From: Bryobacterales bacterium
GTDB lineage: Bacteria > Acidobacteriota > Terriglobia > Bryobacterales > UBA6623
Length of the DNA stretch: 64,000 bases
Direction of reading: 5' to 3'
Assembly (NCBI GenBank): GCA_963422375.2
Contig: OY729428.2
Coordinates: 928,001-992,000 of the forward strand
The notes beneath the pieces were generated by a model. That model did no database searches, had not been told where the DNA came from, and was given only the letters and a program-made list of their open reading frames with translations. The position numbers were made by a program, and so were the translations under genes. Below are positions 1-9,509 of this stretch, in pieces (positions within the stretch are counted from its first letter, which is position 1; every line of letters begins with the position of its first letter).

Positions 1-726
1 GCGGCGTCCCGGCTCAGCCAGCACGTCGGCATCGGCGCGATGCCGGGAGTAGGCCATCAGGGAGCCGTCGGGAAATCTCCCGCCGCGCTCCACTTCGTCG
101 CGGGTGTACCCGTAGTCAATCGCGAGGATCCAGCCTCGCGCGAGCGCCGCGCAGATCCGTTCCACCGCCCGTACCTGGGAATCGCAGGTCTCGATGCGGC
201 GCCCGTCCGCGATCCGCGGAATTCCGGGGCGTTCCCCGCAGGGCACGGGAGCAGCCCAAACGAAGCGCCCGCCGGAGAAGCCGACCCTTCGCTCGGTCCA
301 GCCGCCGTCGCGCCGCTCGACCACGTCGACGGGCAGCGCGTCGAAGAACTCGTTGCAGAAGACCGCCCCCCTCACGGGCCGCTCGGGCCAGGGCTGGCCC
401 GCGTCCACGGCGATCCACTCGAGGTCCGGCATGCAGCGCCGGACCTCGCTGCCGGTCTCGCCGCGCCCGGGCCCGAGCTCCAGCACCTGGAACCGGCCAG
501 CAAGGCCGATTTCGCGCCGCCACGAATCGAGGCGCTGCGCGATCAGACGGCCGAACACCGGCTGCATCTGGGCGTTGGTGTAGAAGTCGCCTGACCTGCC
601 GAACGGGTCGCGTCCGCCGCGGTAGTACCCAAGGGAAGGATGGTAGAGGGCGAGTTCCATGAAGCGGCGGAACGGCAGGGGGCCGCGGGAGCGTATCTCG
701 TCCGCGATGATCCCGGCGAGGTCCAC
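1..726 (-). CDS. SAM-dependent methyltransferase, MidA/NDUFAF7 family (runs off the window start)
   Basis: Manual minus-strand translation from GTG at 726: MDLAGIIADEIRSRGPLPFRRFMELALYHPSLGYY...GDFYT...ELGPGRG...CNEFFDALPV. These are characteristic MidA motifs. The ORF is absent from the track because it is truncated. Confidence 0.85.
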   Translation of the reverse strand, partial: MDLAGIIADEIRSRGPLPFRRFMELALYHPSLGYYRGGRDPFGRSGDFYTNAQMQPVFGRLIAQRLDSWRREIGLAGRFQVLELGPGRGETGSEVRRCMPDLEWIAVDAGQPWPERPVRGAVFCNEFFDALPVDVVERRDGGWTERRVGFSGGRFVWAAPVPCGERPGIPRIADGRRIETCDSQVRAVERICAALARGWILAIDYGYTRDEVERGGRFPDGSLMAYSRHRADADVLAEPGRR

Positions 727-735
727 CGCCGCCTC

Positions 736-1047
736 TCAGCGCTCGAGCGCGTAGGGCGCGGCCGGGTTGTCGAGGCTCTGGGGCGTGTACTCGAACATCT
801 CGACGAAGTAGTCGTGCAGGCCCTCGAAGATCATGCGCTGGAGGATCCAGCGGAACTGGACGTGCGACAGGTCGCGCGGATGGATCTCCAAGTAGTAGGT
901 GTGGATCCCCGCGGGCTTACGCTTCAGGTCGATCACCAGCTCGACGCGGCCGGCCGGGGTCTCGCGCACGTCGAAGGCGAGCAGCGGATGGGAGTACTTC
1001 TCCAGCTCCTTCCTGACGGCGGCCAGCGCAGCGGCGTTGCCCGGCAT
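736..1047 (-). CDS. Hypothetical protein
   Basis: ORF 736..1065, ATG at 1047 likely. Protein-like composition; ends 9 bp upstream of the methyltransferase start. Confidence 0.65.
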   Translation of the reverse strand: MPGNAAALAAVRKELEKYSHPLLAFDVRETPAGRVELVIDLKRKPAGIHTYYLEIHPRDLSHVQFRWILQRMIFEGLHDYFVEMFEYTPQSLDNPAAPYALER

Positions 1048-1255
1048 ACCGGGCCAGAATAGCAACGCGATCGGCGCCCGACGAGCGACCTATACTGGGG
1101 GCGGCAGCCTGGCCGCGCCCGCCCGCCGCCAGGGCTCGCCGCGCAGCGGTCCAGGAGTTGCGACGGCCGTCAGCGCCCGTCGCGAGGCTCAGCCGATGAC
1201 CAGCTGGCTCGAAGCCGAATCGGAGGGCCGCAACGCCTCGCACCCGCCGGGGGGC

Positions 1256-2569
1256 ATGACCCGCACGGCAGGCCGCATCCTAGCCGCCTGCATGCTGCTG
1301 CTCGCGGCCGCGGCGGGCGGGCTGGTGCTGACGCGCCCGGTGCATCGGATCGAAGGGGACTTCCTGCAGCGCGAGGATCTCGGCCTGGCGGACGAATGGC
1401 TGGGCGAGCAGCTGCGGAACCCAGTCGCCGAAACAAGGGCGCGAGCCTACCTCGCGCTGTCCAGGATCGAGGGCCGGCGATCGCTCGAGGCGTTGCTGCC
1501 AGGCATGCGGGATGCCGCTCCCTCGGTGCGGGCGGCCGCCGCGTTCGCCGCCGGCAACGTGCTGGACTCGCGCCTGGGCGGCGGCGCTCCGCCCGACGGC
1601 GCCGTGGCAGCCCTGCTCGGCCTGCTGGACGACGACGCGCGCCTCGTCGCGACGCGCGCGGTGGAGGCTCTCGGCAAGGCGGGCCGGGTCGCGACCACCG
1701 CGGAACTCACCCGCAGCGCCGCGCCCGTCGCGGTCACGATGACCGCGCTGATGCGCCTGGACGCGCAGGGCCAGACGGCATTCGTCGCGGAATACCTCGA
1801 TTCGGACGACCAGGACAGCCGCTGGGCGGCGTCCCTGGCGGTGGACAGCCTAGGCCTAGTGCGGGAGCCGGCCGTCCGGCAGCGCCTGCTTCCGCTGATC
1901 ACCGACGACAATGCCTTTGTACGGGCGGCCGCGCTGCGCGCCGCCGCCGGGGCCGTAGCGGGCGAGGGACTGCTGGAGGCCGTCCGGGCGAGCCTCGCTC
2001 ACCGCGATCCCAAGGTGCGGTTCGAGGCCGACGTCGCGCTGGCGGCCCTGGAAGGCTCGCCGCAGGCCGACGCCCTGCCCCCCGGGGAGCCCGACCTCGG
2101 CTCGCAGCGGATCCCGGCGCCCGACACGCCGCTGCTGGCCTCGGGCGACTACCAGCGAGTCGCGAAAACCATGGGCGCGCGGCTGCGGATGAGCACCTCG
2201 GACGGTGATTTCGAGATCGAACTGGATTACGAACGGGCGCCGCTGACCGCAGAGCACTTCCGCGAGCTGGCCAACGCCGGCGCGCTGGACGGCTCGGTCG
2301 TCTCCGCCGTGCGCCCGAACGGATACGCCGTGGCCGGAATCCCCCTGGGTCCTCTCCGCTCGGAACTGAATCCGGCGCCTTTCCTGCGCGGCAGCCTCGG
2401 CCTGCTGCGGCAGGGCGACGCCTCCGGCGGCGGCTTCTTCCTCTGTCTCACCGCGCTGCCCCTCGCCGATGGCCGCTACGTGAACTTCGGGCGGCTGGTC
2501 TCGGGCGACGCCCGGCTGGACGGCTTGTCCCCGGGCACCCGCGTGCTTTCCGTGCGCGAGGTCCGCTAG
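1256..2569 (+). CDS. HEAT-repeat protein with C-terminal cyclophilin-like domain, N-terminal signal/TM
   Basis: Hydrophobic N-terminus; PBS/HEAT repeats (VRAAAAFAAG, VRAAALRA); cyclophilin-like segment TSDGDFEIEL...APLTAEHF...FFLCL...DGRYVNFGRLVSG. Confidence 0.8.
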   Translation: MTRTAGRILAACMLLLAAAAGGLVLTRPVHRIEGDFLQREDLGLADEWLGEQLRNPVAETRARAYLALSRIEGRRSLEALLPGMRDAAPSVRAAAAFAAGNVLDSRLGGGAPPDGAVAALLGLLDDDARLVATRAVEALGKAGRVATTAELTRSAAPVAVTMTALMRLDAQGQTAFVAEYLDSDDQDSRWAASLAVDSLGLVREPAVRQRLLPLITDDNAFVRAAALRAAAGAVAGEGLLEAVRASLAHRDPKVRFEADVALAALEGSPQADALPPGEPDLGSQRIPAPDTPLLASGDYQRVAKTMGARLRMSTSDGDFEIELDYERAPLTAEHFRELANAGALDGSVVSAVRPNGYAVAGIPLGPLRSELNPAPFLRGSLGLLRQGDASGGGFFLCLTALPLADGRYVNFGRLVSGDARLDGLSPGTRVLSVREVR

Positions 2570-2589
2570 CGCGGCGACGGGCAAGAAAA

Positions 2590-2616
2590 GGCCGCCGCGC
2601 CTACGGGCGACGGCCC
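2590..2616 (+). terminator. GC hairpin with UACG tetraloop after the HEAT/cyclophilin gene (possible terminator)
   Basis: ggccgccgcgcc-tacg-ggcgacggcc, preceded by an A-rich tract. Confidence 0.35.
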
Positions 2617-2620
2617 GTTC

Positions 2621-2629
2621 TGCTATAGT
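2621..2629 (+). promoter_or_regulatory. Extended -10 promoter element for the molybdo-hydroxylase operon
   Basis: TGcTATAGT about 80 bp upstream of GTG 2707; Shine-Dalgarno gaaaggag at 2691-2698. Confidence 0.5.
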
Positions 2630-2706
2630 TCAATGCACCAAGGGTCCATCCCGTCGCGGGAGCGGACTACATTTCCGATCAAACACTCTTGAAAGGAGAA
2701 CGCTAG

Positions 2707-3333
2707 GTGAGTCCTGAAAACCCCCACGGCGGGTCCCAGCGCGCTCCGCGCAAGGGCTTCTCCCGTCGCACGTTCATTGAAGGCGTCGGGATCGGAGCCG
2801 GCGCAGTCGGCGCGCTCGGGGCGGCGGAATCGGCACGCGCCGACCAGCACGAAGTGGTCGGCCCGGCCGCGGTCCCTATCACTCTGAACATCAACGGCAC
2901 CAGCCACAAGCTGAGCGTGGAGCCGCGCGTCACCTTGGTCGACGCGCTGCGCAACATGCTCGACCACACCGGCGCGAAGAAGGTCTGCGATCGAGCGACC
3001 TGCGGCGCCTGCACGGTCATCGTGGACGGCAGCCCGGTCTATTCCTGCACGATGCTGGCCATCGAGGCCCAGGGACGCAGGATCGAGACCGTCGAGGGCA
3101 TCTCGAGCGACGACGCGATGCATCCGGTGCAGACCCAATTCGTCAAGTACGACGCCCAGCAGTGCGGCTTCTGCACGCCGGGCCTCGTGATGGCCGGGAA
3201 GGCGATCGTGGATCGCAACCCTCGAGCGTCGATGGCGGAAATCGAGAGCGGACTGTGCGGCAACATCTGCCGCTGCGGGACCTACGTCGGAGTCCGCAAG
3301 GCCGTGTACGCCGCGGCCGGAGGGAGGGCGTGA
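2707..3333 (+). CDS. Xanthine dehydrogenase family 2x[2Fe-2S] subunit with Tat signal (PaoA/YagT-like)
   Basis: SRRTFI twin-arginine motif; CDRATCGACTV and QCGFCTPG...CRCG motifs. Confidence 0.92.
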   Translation: MSPENPHGGSQRAPRKGFSRRTFIEGVGIGAGAVGALGAAESARADQHEVVGPAAVPITLNINGTSHKLSVEPRVTLVDALRNMLDHTGAKKVCDRATCGACTVIVDGSPVYSCTMLAIEAQGRRIETVEGISSDDAMHPVQTQFVKYDAQQCGFCTPGLVMAGKAIVDRNPRASMAEIESGLCGNICRCGTYVGVRKAVYAAAGGRA

Positions 3334-5495
3334 TGGCGACGATTTACGACTGGCCGGCGTCCGCGGACCGCAGCCTGATCGGCAAGCGGCACATCCGCGT
3401 CGACGGGCCGGACAAGGCGCGCGGCGTGGCGAAGTACTCCTACGACCGCAACCTGGACGGCATGCTGTACGCGCTCTTGGTGACTTCCGGCACCTCGCAC
3501 GGGCGGATCATCGGGATCGACACGTCCGCGGCGGAGAAGGTGCCGGGCTACAAGGGCCACGTCAATATCCTCAACGTGGGCGACGAGGTCCAGTGGGTCG
3601 GAACCGAGATTCTCGCGATCTGCGCCGACACCGAGGAACACGCTCGCGACGCGGAGGCCGCCGTCAGCGTCCATTTCGAGAAGCTGCCCCACTGGGTCAA
3701 GGACGAGGACGTCAAGAAGGCCGGCGAGGCCAACCGTGTCGCGCCCGCCAAGGACGACACGAAAGGGCCGGACCTCGACGCGGCGTGGAAGAGCGCGGAC
3801 GCCGTGGTGGAAGGCTACTACGGCCTGCCCATGATCACGCACTGCTGCCTCGAGCCGCACGGCCAGGTCGTGCATTGGACAGACGACGAGATCACCGTGT
3901 ACGCCTCCACCCAGGCGGTGGCCCGCATTCCGGCCGACCTCGCGAAAGGCCTGTCGAGAGACGAGTCGATCGGCACGATCGATGCGGAGAAGATCCACGT
4001 GATCACGCCGTACATGGGTGGCGGCTTCGGGTCGAAGTTCAACATCGACACCTGGGGCATCGCCTGCGCCAAGCTCTCCAAGCAGACCGGCAGGCCCGTC
4101 AAGCTGATGCTGGACCGCGACGAGGAGCTGATGGTGGCCGGCTCGCGGCCTTCGGACTTCGGCAACATCAAGGTCGGCGCGAAGAAGGACGGCACGCTGG
4201 TCGCCTACGAGTCGGAGACCTGGTCCACCGGCGGCGTCGCCGGGCGCGGCAGCCCGCCGGTTCCGTACGTCTACAACAACGAGGACCGGCTGGCGCAGAA
4301 GGCGCGGCACCTCAACGTCTCGACCAACATCGGCCCGGCGCGCGCCTGGCGCGCGCCGAACCATCCGCAGGCGGCCGTGCTCACGATGTGCCCGATGGAG
4401 GATCTGGCGGCCAAGCTGGACATGGATCCGGTGGAGTTCTTCAAGAAGAACGCCGACCTGACCGCTAGGCCCGAGGTCTACCGCTACGAGATCGACAAGT
4501 GCGCCGAGATGATCGGCTGGAAGGACAACTGGCACAAGCGCGGCGACTCCGGACCCGGTCCGGTCAAGCGCGGCCTCGGCCTGTCGCTCCACACATGGGG
4601 CGGCCGTCCGCACGACTCGACCTGCGAGGTGCGCATCCAGCCGGACGGCGGAGTCTCCGTGAACCTGGCCAGCCAGGACCTGGGCGTCGGAACCTACACG
4701 ACGCTGGCGGTAGTGGCCGCCGAGACGCTCGGCCTGCAAATCCCCGACATCAAGGTCAACATCGGCAGCTCGAGGCTCCCGATCTCGGGCGCGTCGGGCG
4801 GGTCCACGACCGTCGGCGGCACGTCGGCCTCCACGCGTCGCGCCACGGTGAACGCGCTCGAGGACCTCAAGGGCGTCGTCGCGGAGTCGCTAGGCGTCGA
4901 GGCCGCGGACCTCGTGGCCAAGGAGGGCAAGGTCTTCTCCAAGTCCGACTCGTCCAAGTCCCTGAGCTGGACAGACGCCTGCAAGAAGCTCGGCAACCGG
5001 ACCATCACGGGGCAGGGCAAGCAGCCGGATCGCAACGGCGGCAAGCTCAACGACTCCGGAGTAGGCGGCGTGCAGATGGCTGACGTTTCCGTCGACGTCG
5101 AGACCGGCGTGGTCACGATCAACAAGGTCGCCGCCGTGCAGGACGTGGGACTGGTCGTCTGCCTGGAGCAGTGCGAGAGCCAGGTGTACGGGTCCCTGAT
5201 CCAAGGCGTGGGCTGGGCGCTGTACGAAGAGACGGTCTACGACCAAGCGACCGGCACGATGCTCAACCCCGACATGGAGTTCTACAAGCTGGCCGGGGCG
5301 GCCGACATCGGCGAGCTGGAAGTCCACATGGTCCAGAACAAGTACGACGACCGCGGCGTGATCGGAATCGGCGAGCCGCCGGCCATCTCGCCCGGCGCCG
5401 CGATCTCGAACGCCGTGGCAAACGCCATAGGCGTGCGGGTCCCGACCCTGCCGCTGACGCCGGATCGAGTGCTGGCGGCGCTCGCGAACGCATAA
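3333..5495 (+). CDS. Xanthine dehydrogenase family molybdopterin-binding subunit (PaoC/YagR-like)
   Basis: TGATG overlap with the previous gene; GGGFGSK, AWRAPNHPQ, SGGSTT and GIGEPP motifs. Confidence 0.92.
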   Translation: MATIYDWPASADRSLIGKRHIRVDGPDKARGVAKYSYDRNLDGMLYALLVTSGTSHGRIIGIDTSAAEKVPGYKGHVNILNVGDEVQWVGTEILAICADTEEHARDAEAAVSVHFEKLPHWVKDEDVKKAGEANRVAPAKDDTKGPDLDAAWKSADAVVEGYYGLPMITHCCLEPHGQVVHWTDDEITVYASTQAVARIPADLAKGLSRDESIGTIDAEKIHVITPYMGGGFGSKFNIDTWGIACAKLSKQTGRPVKLMLDRDEELMVAGSRPSDFGNIKVGAKKDGTLVAYESETWSTGGVAGRGSPPVPYVYNNEDRLAQKARHLNVSTNIGPARAWRAPNHPQAAVLTMCPMEDLAAKLDMDPVEFFKKNADLTARPEVYRYEIDKCAEMIGWKDNWHKRGDSGPGPVKRGLGLSLHTWGGRPHDSTCEVRIQPDGGVSVNLASQDLGVGTYTTLAVVAAETLGLQIPDIKVNIGSSRLPISGASGGSTTVGGTSASTRRATVNALEDLKGVVAESLGVEAADLVAKEGKVFSKSDSSKSLSWTDACKKLGNRTITGQGKQPDRNGGKLNDSGVGGVQMADVSVDVETGVVTINKVAAVQDVGLVVCLEQCESQVYGSLIQGVGWALYEETVYDQATGTMLNPDMEFYKLAGAADIGELEVHMVQNKYDDRGVIGIGEPPAISPGAAISNAVANAIGVRVPTLPLTPDRVLAALANA

Positions 5496-5510
5496 GGGAG
5501 GTCACGAACC

Positions 5511-6479
5511 ATGCAGAACTTCCAGTACTTCGCTCCCACGGACGCGCTGGTCGCCGCGCAGGCGCTTAGCCCGGAACCCGGGACCACGGCCGTGCTCGCC
5601 GGCGGCACCGACCTAGTCAGCCTCCTGAAGCAACGCGTCGAGACGCCGACGCGCGTGGTCAGCCTGCGCAACATCAGCGCCCTGCGGGGCATCTCGAAGA
5701 AGGGCGGCGGGCTGCGGATCGGCGCCATGGCGACGGTCGAAGAGCTCCTGGATTCCAAGGCCGCAGCGCCGTACAAGTCGCTCGTCCAGGCGGCGCAAGG
5801 CATCAGCGCCCCGCAGGTCCGGGCGATGGGCACGGTCGTGGGCGACCTGCTGCAGCGGCCGCGCTGCTGGTACTTCCGCAACGGGCACGGCCTGCTGGCC
5901 ATGCACGAGGGGCAGCCGCTCGTTCCGAAAGGCGAGAACCGCTACCACGCCATTCTCGGCAACAAGGGCCCGGCGTACTTCGTCAGCGCCTCGAGCTTCG
6001 CCCCGGCACTAGTCTCGCTCGGCGCGAGAGTCACGGTGGCGGGACCGGACGGCGAGCGCGAGATCCCAGTCGAGAATCTGTACCGCATCCCGTCCTCGGA
6101 AGCGGAGCGGGAGACCACGCTTGCGGGGAACGAGATCGTGACGGAGATCAGCGTGCCAGGCCTGTCCGGCATGCGCACGGCGACCTACGAGGTGCGACAG
6201 AGGCAGTTGCTCGACTGGCCGCTGGCGACGGCCTCGGTGGCGCTCCGCGTGCGCGGTGGCAAGGTTTCCGACGCACGGGTGGTCCTAGGTCACGTCGCGC
6301 CGATCCCGTGGCGGTCTTCGGAGGCCGAGACGGCGCTCAAGGGCAAGGCGGCGACCGAGGGGACCGGCGAGGCGGCAGGCAAGGCTGCCGTTTCCGCTGC
6401 GACCCCGCTTAGCCAGAACCAGGCGAAGGTGCAGCTGGCGACCGTCGCGGTCAAGCGCGCGGTTGCCATGGCGGCCTAG
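5511..6479 (+). CDS. Xanthine dehydrogenase family FAD-binding subunit (PaoB/YagS-like)
   Basis: LAGGTDL and QVRAMGTVVGDLLQRPRCWY motifs; gggagg SD. Confidence 0.92.
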   Translation: MQNFQYFAPTDALVAAQALSPEPGTTAVLAGGTDLVSLLKQRVETPTRVVSLRNISALRGISKKGGGLRIGAMATVEELLDSKAAAPYKSLVQAAQGISAPQVRAMGTVVGDLLQRPRCWYFRNGHGLLAMHEGQPLVPKGENRYHAILGNKGPAYFVSASSFAPALVSLGARVTVAGPDGEREIPVENLYRIPSSEAERETTLAGNEIVTEISVPGLSGMRTATYEVRQRQLLDWPLATASVALRVRGGKVSDARVVLGHVAPIPWRSSEAETALKGKAATEGTGEAAGKAAVSAATPLSQNQAKVQLATVAVKRAVAMAA

Positions 6480-6554
6480 CCGTCAAGAGACAGCGCGATC
6501 GCCGGGACTCCTGCATCCCGGCGATCGCGCCAGACTGTGATCGCGAGGCAAGTC

Positions 6555-6776
6555 ATGTCCCGGAACCGAGGCGCTGGCCTGAAGGTACTGACGCATCGCT
6601 GCTTGGATCTCCGCTGGAAGGGAATGTACATCGACGCCGACGACGATCCCACGGTGCAGCTCTCCAATACGAGAATCTACTGGTGCGACCAGACCCAGAA
6701 GCCCTTGGGGCCCGACGGAGACATCGTCGACGAGGACACTTGCACGGCATCCCGCAAGTGCTTCGAGGCAATCTAG
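6555..6776 (+). CDS. Small 4-Cys hypothetical protein downstream of the molybdo-hydroxylase genes
   Basis: 73-aa ORF with RCLDL...YWCDQT...GPDG...TC...RKC; co-oriented, 75 bp after the FAD subunit. Confidence 0.6.
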   Translation: MSRNRGAGLKVLTHRCLDLRWKGMYIDADDDPTVQLSNTRIYWCDQTQKPLGPDGDIVDEDTCTASRKCFEAI

Positions 6777-7193
6777 CGACCGACGTCTAGAACGTCGCGA
6801 CGACTCGTCGTGAGTAGGAGCCACGTTGCGACCAGAACGCCAACGGTACCGGCCAAGTCGACCAAGATCAAGTTTCGATCTGAAGACTGGGGATTCTTGG
6901 CGAGGTGAAGGAGCGGTGTCCGTTGCAGCCTTCTGCCGGTGCAGCTCCCTGCACTCCAGGACCACGGAGACGAATATCTCCGGCAGGCGGGCCTCTAGCC
7001 CATCGCTCGCTTGGTAGGCCGCCCTCTGGAACTCGTCGGGGCCATCAGACCTCGGCTGCCAGCACGTCGCAAGCAGCCGTCGAACGGCGCGGCGACGAAG
7101 GATGGGCAGCGAGAGCCGCTCCGACAGCGCCAACTCCGTCGCACCGGCACCATACGAGCTGGCTGAACCTGCCACGATAGAATCGCGCGCTCG

Positions 7194-8760
7194 TTGAATA
7201 CATCGGGCCCGAACATATCGCAGAAACATTACAGCATCCCGCCCCTCGGACGGCTCGACCTCGACAACGTGCTGTGGTTGATCCGCGAGTGGAAGTACTT
7301 CGTCCTGCATGCACCCCGGCAGACGGGCAAGACTTCGGCACTGCTGGCCCTGCAGGACCTGCTCAACAGTGGCTCGGAAGGCGACTACCGCTGCGTCTAC
7401 GTGAACGTCGAAGGCGGCCAGGCGATGCGCGAGAACGTCGCGGAAGGACTTCTCACGATTCTCCAAGCACTGAGCGATCGCGCCCAAGAAGTACTCGACG
7501 ACAATTTCTTGGAGAAGCTTTTCCATGGCGACTTGGATCGCTGGCCACCGGGCAACGCCCTAGCCCGGTCCTTGCGGCTCTGGGCACGGGCCGACCCGCG
7601 TCCGCTGGTGCTGCTGATCGACGAGATCGATGCGCTGGTGGGCAACACTCTGATTTCGGTGCTGCGGCAGCTGCGCTCGGGCTACGACATGCGGCCGCGG
7701 AGCTTTCCGCAGAGCATCGTGCTGTGTGGCGTGCGCGACCTGCACGACTACCGCATTCACTCGGCGTCGACCGGGGAGAATATCGCGGGCGGCAGCGCCT
7801 TCAATATCAGCGCCAAGTCGCTGCGACTCGGCGATTTCACGCGGGGCGACGTCGAGGCGCTGCTGGCGCAGCACACAGCAGAGACCGGCCAGCAATTACC
7901 GCCCGGAAGCGCTGAGACGCGTTTGGAGACAAACACTGGGACAGCCCTGGCTGGTCAACGCGCTCTGCCACGAGGCCTGTTTCGAAAGCGAGAGTGGGCG
8001 CGACCGCGGCCGCCCGGTCACCGAGGGAGACATCCTCGACGCACAGGAGAGGCCCATCCTAAACCGGGTGACGCACCTCGACCAGCTCGCTGACAAGCTG
8101 CGAGAGGAGCGCGTCCAGCGCGTAGTCGAGCCGATCCTGAGCGGTGCCGCGGAACAGGGATTCTCGACGCGAGACCTAGACTACGTCCGTGACCTCGGCC
8201 TACTGTCGCGCGCGACTCCCCGCATCGCCAACCCGGTCTACGCCGAGGTCGTGCCACGCGAGCTCAACTACCACGTACAAGAGAGCTTGGGGGAGCGAGC
8301 CACCTTCTCCGTGGACGCTGGTGGCGGCTTGGAGGTGGCCAAGCTGCTGTCGGCCTTTCAGGTCTTCTTCCGGGAGCACTCCGAGCACTGGCTGCAGCGC
8401 TTCCGCTACCGCGAGGCGGGACCGCAGCTGTTGCTGCAGGCGTTCCTGCAGCGCGTGGTCAACGGCGGAGGCCGCATCGAGCGGGAGTACGGCCTAGGTC
8501 GCGGGCGCACCGACTTGCTGGTTCTGTAGCCGGTGGGCGGGCAGACCGACCGCATCGTGATCGAGTGCAAGATCCTGCACGGTGGATTGGAGCGGACCAT
8601 CCGCGAGGGGTGTGACCAGACCGCGCACTACATGGGCCGCTGTGGTGCCCGGGAGGGTCACCTGCTGGTATTTGATCGCAGCGACCGGCCTTGGGAGGAC
8701 AAGTTGTTCCGGCAGCGGAAGGAGGTCCGCGGCAAGGCCGTCGAGGTATGGGGCATGTGA
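7194..8760 (+). pseudogene. P-loop AAA-like ATPase with C-terminal PD-(D/E)XK nuclease-like domain; frameshift and nonsense codon
   Basis: Walker A APRQTGKT and Walker B LLIDEID in 7194..8093. Continues in another frame after ~7895 (PEAL...GQPWLVNAL). In-frame TAG at 8527-8529, then IVIECK. Confidence 0.85.
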
Positions 8761-9039
8761 CGCGGTCGAGGCCGATCGACCCAAGCTCACAAGACCGAAC
8801 CTTGCGAAGTGATTCCTGCGCGATCCCCTGCCACCTGGCTATTCCTTGCAGGGCGAACGCCGATTGGCAGGGGAAGCACGATTCGCGGAAGTATCTTCGC
8901 TCTGAGTGCCGCTTCGCGCCATCCAGTCCCTACCTGACCGGACGTGGGCTGCGCTGGGCGCACGCAGCCCAGCCGACAGGCTGGCGACGTCTTCCATCGT
9001 TGGCGCGGAACTGCAGAGCCGCCGCGCCCGAGGGAGTCG

Positions 9040-9310
9040 GGTTCATTGACCGTGTTGTGGAACAGGCCGCCGAAGAACATGGCCCATCGGTCGGTCCAGT
9101 CGGGGGTCTGCAGGAGGGAGTCCTCCAAGTGGGCGCGCTTGTCTTCAGCCGGGTCAGCTAGGAACGCCTCGACCTCGGGCTAGCTCGGAATGCGGCCCGT
9201 CAGGTCAAGGCGCGCGCGACGCAGGAATTCGCTATCGGTCGTCAGGTACGTCAGCGGCACGCCCGCTGCAGCGGCAGTCTTCTGGATGCAGTCGTCGATG
9301 CCGGTACCAG
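9040..9310 (-). pseudogene. Remnant of a DUF1549-domain protein
   Basis: Minus-strand translation IDDCIQKTAAAAGVP...TDSEFLRRARLDLTGRIPS*PEVEAFLAD...DKRAHL...WTDRWAMFF. Internal stop; no intact start or end. Confidence 0.7.
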
Positions 9311-9509
9311 GCCCTCCGTCCCCCTAGACCAGCGCGACTACCGGGGCGGGCCAACCACCCCGTCGGGGCTCCGGCGGCTTCCGCCGCGCGGTCAGCCACG
9401 GCCAGAGGCTGCGGCCGGGTAGGCCCGATCCGCGGACCAGCGGAAGCCCGGAGAAGTCGGTGTATACTGTTGCGACGATGCGGCCCGATCCGCGTCAATT
9501 GGAGGGACT

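Noticed and set aside
6830..7190. Minus-strand peptide SSYGAGATELALSERLSLPIL resembling a cytidylate-kinase-like N-terminus
   Set aside because: Too short, with no start or further motifs; cannot be supported without a search.
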